In this document: positions 54,430-64,000 of the stretch, in pieces | Position numbering within the stretch: position 1 is the stretch's first letter | Layout of the letters: each line of letters starts with the position of its first letter | Assembly: GCA_013416795.1 (NCBI GenBank) | Contig: RQSC01000032.1 | Location: 248,001-312,000 of the forward strand | From: Prasinococcaceae sp. CCMP 1430 | Lineage: Eukaryota > Plantae > Prasinodermophyta | Length of the DNA: 64,000 bases | Direction of reading: 5' to 3' | Notes under the pieces: model-generated | What the model saw: only the letters and a program-made list of their open reading frames with translations | Database searches by the model: none | Told to the model about the DNA's origin: nothing | Position numbers and translations under genes: made by a program

Positions 54430-56613
54430 TCAGCGTGCAGGGATTGGGTTCAGGAAGACGCTCTGAAGCAACGGAGCCACGCGCAGCGCCTTCAGATCGA
54501 TGAAAATGTCCTTGACGTCATCGACGCTGCATGCGGCTAGCACGGCCTCCCGCCGGAATCGGATGACCGCCGCCGCAAACATCGCGAGCGGCAGCAGGCT
54601 GTCGAATCCGATGATGCGATCCCACAGCTGCAGGGTCTCCGCTGCATCCAGGTGCGTGGCGAAAGCGCTCACGAGCCATGGCATGGCGATGTGGAGCGGT
54701 GGAAGTCCCAGCATGAGCAGCTTGTAGAAGACCTCGCTATCCAGCTCCTGCAGCAAATCCTCAAATGTCTTGCACAGTGCAGGGAGACACAGTGGCGGGC
54801 ACACGCTCTCGCGGCCGTCACCTTGGCGTTCGCTCGCAATTTCGCCGTGTTCGTTGCTGCCGCCAAGGCCGGCCCCATTGCTGCTGCTGCTGCTACCGCT
54901 GTACCTCTTGCCAATGCGGCTGCTCATGCCACTATCACTGCCATTGTTTCCATCGGTGACGCTGTGCGCAACGGCCTCGGGCGCCTCCATTTCAAACGCC
55001 AACGTGTGCAGACGACAGAAGTGGCGCTCATACAGCGCACGGAAGGCAATGTACAAGTCGTGCCGGTTTGCATACAAATAGCAGAGAGGCGCAGCGTAGC
55101 AAGCCAAGCCGATGAAAGGCACCACCCCACATGGTGGATACAGCCCTCGACTGGTCCCGTCGCGCGCCATCGCCTGCAGCCGCGGGTGCGCCAAGACGGA
55201 CGCACCGACCATGCCGGGCGCGGCGCATGCCACGCTTGCGTCGCGCATGAATGCCAGCAGCACCACGCGCAGTTGCTCCCTGTGACGCAGTTTGCAGGGA
55301 GAGCGAGAAGGGAAGGGCCGCACGTGTCAGTTGCATGGCACAAGCGGTCGGCCAGGGCGTGCGCTTGCTGGACAAATGCGCGGAGGCACGCACTCGAATA
55401 CGAAAAATGTCGAATTGTCTGTGACTGCGGCGATGTCCGCTCGCACGAGCGCGTCGAGCATCATGTCCTGCCGCTCGCAGCTCTCGCAGAGGCCCTCGAA
55501 GTACGCGGCACTGTTGCGATCGCTGCGAGCCCCCAAAATGCCGAGGGCAGCTGCCCATACTCGTGGACGAGCGCTCTGTGGCACGCCGCGCCGCGCGAAG
55601 ACGAGGGACGCCGCAGCTGATCCCCCCGCAGCAACTGCTGCCGCTTCCGCTGAACGCCGCTCCGCAAACCACGAGCTCTCCCCGGGACTGTCGTCGATGC
55701 CGCCTTGCGCCATGCTCGGCGCGAGCTCTGGCATGCATTCGGCGAGCACCGCGTGCGACGGCACGCGCAGCGCGAGCCGTACGGTTCCCCACTGCGGAGG
55801 GGGAGGCGTAGCATGTGGCCGCGACGCGCCCCTGCTTCGGCTCGGGGCGCCCTTTCCAGCAAAGCCACTGCCCCCATTTGCGGGAGCGCGCCCGCTCTCC
55901 GGCGGCTCGAGTGCTTCCAGCGCGTCCAAAAGTTCAACCCACGAGTATGCGCACGCCGGAATGAGTGGCTGCGGCACTGCGTCCTGGCCCGCCTCCCCGC
56001 CCTCGCGAACCGCGAGTCGCTCCGACGGTGCCGTGGGCATAGACAGCGGTGCAAGATGAGGCGGGGGTGATGACAGCGAGGACGGCGAGGAATCGCCCGG
56101 ATTGCCATTGCTCTGCGGAACATCGCTGCCTCGCCCCATCTTCCCGCTGAGCGGCACCGCATGCTCGTTCGCCAATCTGTTGATGCGCTCGGCCACCATG
56201 CGGTGCCACGCCGACCGACACGCGGCGACGGCGGCGTGCGCCGGGACAGCGGCATCCTCGTGCGACTCGGCGACGCACTCGCCGCCGCCCTTGCGGTCGG
56301 TGCCCCCCCGCCCATTCTGCAGCTGGCGCACACTCGGCTGCGGAGCTTGTTTCTGCTGCCGCACGTCCCCTCCACACTGCTCCTCCGCACGCGCGCGCGC
56401 GGCCCGCACGGCGTGGAGCGAGTACGCCTCGCTCCTCAGCCGCGAGGCGAGCCCCATGCTGTCCATGAGCGCGGGCACGTCGCGAGCCAGCTCGGACGCC
56501 GCGTAACGCGGCTTGACGAGCTCGTCCTTGAGCGCGCGCCGCACGCGCCAGAGCTCGAGCGAGCGCGCCTCGAGCGCCGCGAGCGCCGAGCGCGCCGCCG
56601 CCGCGTCCCCCAT
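54430..56613 (-). CDS. TBC1D19: TBC1D19-like Rab-GAP TBC protein, 2 exons (56613-55394, 55279-54430)
   Basis: RRGVPQSARPRVW, FFVFE|EQL, YPPCGVVPFIG, RHFCRLH, PWLVSAF and LWDRIIGFDSL. Confidence 0.9.
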
Positions 56614-56830
56614 GCCGCGGGATGGAGAGGAAACGGGGGGGGGGGGGGAGAAGGAAAATCACGCCCCGGCCGATCGCCTCACCCCCCTGGCGGCCCGGAG
56701 CCTGTGCGCCTGCCCCACCCGCCCCCACCTGCCCGCGCGGGGGGGCGCACTCTGCCGCAGCACCCGCCACGTCAACGACCATCGCATACCTTGGGGTTGG
56801 GGGTGGTTTTGCTGCAGGCATGCGGCTAAA

Positions 56831-56860
56831 TAGGGTACGGTTGGTAAAAAGGGTTTAAAC
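56831..56860. promoter_or_regulatory. TAGGGT and AGGGTTTAAAC telo-box-like motifs in a divergent promoter
   Basis: Seen directly in an AT-rich island between the TBC1D19 and ECD 5' ends. Confidence 0.4.
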
Positions 56861-56930
56861 GTCAGGAGTAGGCAGCGCGCTCGAAACGGAAGGGGGGAAG
56901 GGGGGGCGCCGATGGGGCCGAGCGCGCGCA

Positions 56931-56963
<33 letters not shown>

Positions 56964-57111
56964 GGGGGGGGAGGGGGTCAGTCAGACAGGGCGCGTGGCA
57001 GCGCTGCCCGCGCGGCGCAGGCGTGAGTGTCCGGGCGAGGGAGGTGAGTGGGGGGAGGGGTGCGCCTGCGCCCCTGCCCCGTCCTCTCGCGCGCTCGCGC
57101 GCTCGCGCTAT

Positions 57112-59472
<2,361 letters not shown>

Positions 59473-59497
59473 GCGCATGCGAGGCCCTCGCGGTCGT

Positions 59498-61839
59498 TCA
59501 CGCTGCCTTGCATTTGCGCTTTGACTTCGACCACGTACACTCAGGGTGGTTCTTGCATTCGTGTTTGCCTGCCTCAGCACCGACGCGGGCACAGAAATCC
59601 TTGCGGGCCTTCCTAGCCTTCTTCTTGCACTTCCTCTTGGCTTTCTTCTTCATGCTTGTATCGCATGGCGCGGAGTCGGCGTGGATGGTGCTGTCAATGA
59701 CGCAGCGTCCACTGGTACGGGTGCAGCCCTTCGCAGCCTTGCACTTCTTTTTGCCCAGCCCGCGGCACGAAGGGAGCGGCTCGACGCCGGCCTCGGCCTC
59801 GGCTTGCGCCTCGGCCTGCCCCTGTTCTCAGCGCGAGCGCGGTGTGTTAGCGCGGTTCCTGACATCGTGGCCACTATGCCGACCGACCAGCACCACCACC
59901 CCTGCCGCTGCCAGCGCTGCTGGTGCCCAAGTAGCCAGGGCGCGTTGCCCTCCGCTGTACGACGCGCTGCTCACCTCGCCGGCGCTGGTTGGCCTATCTA
60001 ATGCTTCCTCGCCGCCGTCGACCGCATGAGGCAGCCCGCTGGACCCGGGGAAAGGCACCTGCACGGTGGTATCTATGCTCTCGACCCCCATGGCGATCGT
60101 CTCCCCTCCTGGCCACGTCACTGAGACGCGAAGGTCGTCCGCCGTAATGCCTGAGTTACCGAGGCCAAAATGCGCCACAGGCTCCATCGACAGAGATACC
60201 CAGAACCCGCGTCGATGGCATAGGTCGTCGTGGCGCCGCCTTCGACCGCAAGGGACACGGTGGCGCCGCGTGCAGGGGCTCCAGCAGCCGTGAGCGGCAC
60301 AATGCGCAGCCAGTGGCGGTCCGGGGCGGCCGCCTTGTACATCGTCAGCGGCTGCGCACCGCTTTCGCCGTGAGAGATGAGTAGCTCCAGCACTCCGTCC
60401 TCGTCAAAGTCTCCAACCGCTGCGCCCGTGCCGAGGCCATCCGCTTCAGCGGCATCACCAATGTTGAGACGCATCCACTCGCCGCTGTCTGAGCGGGAGA
60501 AGAGTCTGTTGTCACCAGGAATGTTGTTGAAGAAGATCTCTGCTCGACCGTCGTTGTCGAAGTCAGCGGCGATCACTGTCCTAACTCGGGAAGGCGACGC
60601 CATGTCGGCGGTCGCGACGTCCTCGAACGTGCCGTCATCGTTCTGCAGCCACAAGCGATGCTCAGCTTGCCAGTTGCCTGCGGCCACGTCAAGTAGGCCG
60701 TCATCATTCGCGTCGAACACGGCAACGCCGCGGCCGTTGTGCCTGGGGTCGAGGATACCAGCTACCTCCGCGACGTCCGAGAAGGTGCCATCGCCATTCG
60801 ACTTGAACAAGAAGTTTGACGCGTCGCGGCCAGCGCTCATCTCATTGTTGGCGAAGATGTCCATGCCAGGTGTGCCAGCGACCAAGCGCGCCGACGCGAG
60901 CGCACGCCCCCCGGTCGTGCGCGCCACGCCCGCTTCGCTCGCGACGTCGCGAACCGTCAGGTCGCCGGCCGACGAGCGCTCACCCTGGTACAGACGCATC
61001 GGCCCACCGTAATTGGCGACCATCACCTCGTACTCACCCTTTCCAAAGCGGTCGACGCACGCGCACGAGCGGCCCGCGACAAAATTGGCCGAGTCCTGGT
61101 TCACCGGTAGCTCGAAAACGTCGCGCCAACCGTCGGCCGCCGAGGCCGCGCGCGCGAACAGGCGGTCCGAGGTGACTGTCTTGCCACTGTATGCGTCTGT
61201 GTTGAGCACGTACAGCTCCTCGCGGCCATCTCCGTCTACGTCGCACGCTGCAACGCCGATGGCCTTGCGTGAAGCGTCGGCCACGGTCGAGCCACCGTCC
61301 ACGGGGTCGCCACTCGCGAGCAGGTCAACGTACGTGCCGCTCCCGGCGTCGTACTTGACCACCTTGTTGGGCGCTTGGAAGCCCGCGACCACCGCCTCGA
61401 AGGCGCCGTCGCCATCCCAATCTGTGACGGCCACTCCGTAGTTGTACTGAGCGGGGTTGTCGTGCGGCATGAAGTCCGCGACAGCAGTGAAGAAGGGTTC
61501 GCCCGCACCGAGGTTGACGGGGGCCTCGCACGACATGCCCGCCACGACCATGCCGCCCGTGCACGCGTCCCAGCTCATACCGCACCTGCTCGTGCTTTTG
61601 CACCAGCCGCAGGGAGAGCCGCGCATGTCGGTTGAACACGCCTCGCAGGTGCCGAGCGCATAGCAGTGACCCGCCGCCGCGGGGGCGGGCGCATAGAGCA
61701 GCAATGCTGCTGCCGCGGCTGCAGTAGTTGCCACCGCCGCGCACGCCGCGGCGCCCGCGCCGCCAACGCAGCGAGCGCGCACAGCCACGCGCGCAGCCGC
61801 CGGCACGCGGCAATGGCCACGGCGCGCGGCTGCCCGCAT
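59498..61839 (-). CDS. Secreted PSI + FG-GAP/CRTAC1-like + ASPIC/UnbV protein with a Cys/Lys-rich tail. 1-nt frameshift at about 60188; intron 59974-59822; last exon 59821-59498.
   Basis: Signal-like N-terminus, CEAC...CGWC PSI pattern, NYGVAVTD, IGVAACDVDGDGREE, VRTVIAADFDNDG, IDAGSGYLC/(Q)MEPVAHFGLG; GTGAGC donor and CAG acceptor are in phase. Confidence 0.85.
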
Positions 61840-62302
61840 CGCCGCCGCTCCCACCGCTCGCCGCCGCCCTGCCCACCGCGCCACTGTGGCGCCCCGCAGC
61901 CATCGTACCCCCACCCCCCACTCGCACCCCAGCTGACGACGCCACGTCAGTCTTAAAGAGCACAACTCGCGCCACGTCGACGAAAACGGATAAGTTTCTG
62001 TGTTCTGTTTCTCAATTGCACCCTTTTGGTATATTCTGATGATCATTTGCGTTGTTTTTGTCCGGAAACTTTTCGCGAAATTACATTCCGAAAATGAGAT
62101 CCTCGAGGAAAGCGCGTGGCGTGCGTGCGTGCTCCCGCGGTGCGCCACACACACGCTGCGCGCAGGCGTCAGTAGGGCGGGAGGTGCCGGGCGGTGTCGG
62201 GATCGACTGCGTGCCTGCGCATGGTCCTGCGGCGCGCTGCGGTGACGGTCGGCTCTCGCGCGGCGGCAGGGGCGGCGGCGGCGGCGGCGCGGCGCGGCAG
62301 CG

Positions 62303-64000
62303 ATGACGGCGGCGCGGCCGGTGGCCGGCGGCGCGCGGCCGCCGGCGCTCGACGCGCTCCTGCTCAACCGCGATGCCAAGGCGGTGCGCTCGTCAAAGCG
62401 CGTGCTGTGTTGGCTACGCCAGGACCTGCGCACACACGACAACGCCGTGCTGCTGGCGGCGGCCGCAGCTGCGCGTGAGGCGGAGGGCGTGTCGGTGCTG
62501 CCCGTCTTTTGCTTCAACCCGAGCACCTACGCGGCGAAGCTGCCGCTGACCGGCGAGGCCAAGACGGGCGCGCGCCGCGCGCAGTTTATGCTCGAGAGCG
62601 TGTCGGACCTCCGCGAGCGGCTGCGTGCGCTGGGAAGCGACCTGCTGGTTGCCGTCGGCGAGCCCGAGGTGGTGCTCGCCGAGCTGGCCGGCGACGCCCC
62701 CGCGGCAGTGCTCACGCACGGCGAGGCGTGCACCGAGGAGCGCGACGCCGAGCGCGCCGTGGCCAAGGCGTTGCTCGCGCGCTGTGGCAACAGCGCGCTC
62801 GTGCGTGTGGAGGGAGGCTTTACAATGTACGATGAGCGTGACCTGCCGTTCGACTTGCGCGCCATGAATGACGTCTTCACGCCCGTACGAGGCAAGGTGG
62901 AGAAGAACTGCGAGGTGCGGCAGGCGTACGCCGAGCCCGCGAGCGGCGAGCTGCCTTTGGGCGGCTTCGCTGGCGCGCCAGGCCTGGGCAGCGAGCTCCC
63001 CTCCCTCGAGGCGATTGGCGTGGATCCCGAGGCCGCCGCCGTGGCACGCGCTGCCCCCCACAGGCTCGCGGCGCTCGACTTCAAGGGTGGCGAGAGCGCC
63101 GCGCTGCAGCGCGTCAAGTACTACCTGTGGGACACGGACAAGGCGAGCACATACTTCGACACGCGCAACGGCATGCTCGGCGGCGACTACTCGACCAAAT
63201 TTGAGCCCTGGCTCAGCGCCGGCTGCCTCAGCCCGCGTCACGTCTACGCCGAGCTCATGAAGTACGAGGACAACCGCGTGGCCAACAAGTCCACCTACTG
63301 GATTCGCTTCGAGCTGCTGGTACGCGACTGGTTCCGCTGGTATGTGTCCTAGCTTGCTGCGACGCCACCCACTGACGCCAAGCTCTCACGCGCCCGCTCG
63401 CTTTTACACCGCCCGCAATGCCTCTCCACGCCGCCTGCTCGCGGGGGCGCCCGTCCGTCGTTGCGCAGTGGCGCGACTTCTTCCGCTGGTGCGTGCCACA
63501 TGTGCGCGCGAGGCGCTGAGCGAGCGCTCGGTGCGCGAGCGGCAAATGCTGGCGTGGGTGGCGATTTCCTCGAGCCCTGAGGTCTGGCTCGGTCGGACAC
63601 ACCCAGGTGCTGACCCCGTCGCGCGCGCGCGCGCGATGTCCTGCAGGTACGCTCAGAAGCACGGGGCGCGCATCTTCATGCTCTCGGGCCCGGCGCGCCG
63701 CCACGCCAAGTGGCGTGCAGACCGCGCGCTGTTCGAGCGCTGGGTGGAGGGCAGGACTGGCGTCCCGCTCATCGACGCCAACATGCGCGAAATGGCGGCG
63801 ACGGGCTTCATGTCGAACCGTGGTCGCCAGAACGTGGCGTCTTACCTTGCGCTCTCGCTTGGCGTCGACTGGCGCCTCGGCGCCGAGTACTTCGAGTCAG
63901 CGCTGCTGGGCTACGACCCAGCTTCCAACTGGGGCAATTGGGCGGCCGCTGCCGGCGTCACCGGTGGGCGCGTCAACAAGTTCAACCCGACCAAGCAGTC
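62303..64000 (+). CDS. CRY-DASH: Cryptochrome DASH (photolyase family). Exons about 62303-63339 and 63647 to the window end; a likely transit peptide from ATG 62221 is in a shifted frame. Truncated by the window end.
   Basis: WLRQDLRTHDN, FKGGESAAL, TRNGMLGGDYSTKF, GFMSNRGRQNVASYL, DWRLGAEYFE and SNWGNW. Confidence 0.95.

Overview
This is a gene-dense, very GC-rich eukaryotic nuclear window. Evidence: short GT(GCG/GAG)...CAG introns, TGTAA poly(A)-like signals in the intergenic gaps, plastid-import and plant-type genes, and five N gaps. It most likely comes from an early-diverging green alga (prasinophyte/Prasinoderma-like), which is an inference. About 30 protein-coding genes can be modelled by hand. 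Housekeeping: RRP40, LUC7, centrin, RPC9, SmD1, SRP9, symplekin, MED12, ECD, TBC1D19, HVA22 and a CCC transporter. Organellar: MSH1 with GIY-YIG, Tic22, a SAM methyltransferase, an F420-ligase-like protein, FAM136A and CRY-DASH. Several small spliced genes are only partly captured by the ORF track. I recognised no rRNA, tRNA, CRISPR array or transposon. The most notable observations are: (1) a carboxylate-clamp TPR co-chaperone domain fused in-frame to MMS19; (2) a secreted PSI + CRTAC1/ASPIC protein with a hidden Cys/Lys-rich last exon and a 1-nt frameshift; (3) a glycosyltransferase-LamG fusion with tandem repeats; (4) a decayed P4-ATPase fragment antisense to the SRP9 3' region; (5) recurrent telo-box-like (AAACCCT/AGGGTTT) AT-rich islands, including palindromes, in promoter regions; (6) several genes whose 5' ends lack an in-frame AUG across GC microsatellites, either from assembly error or non-AUG initiation. 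All family assignments come from motif recognition from memory, not database searches.
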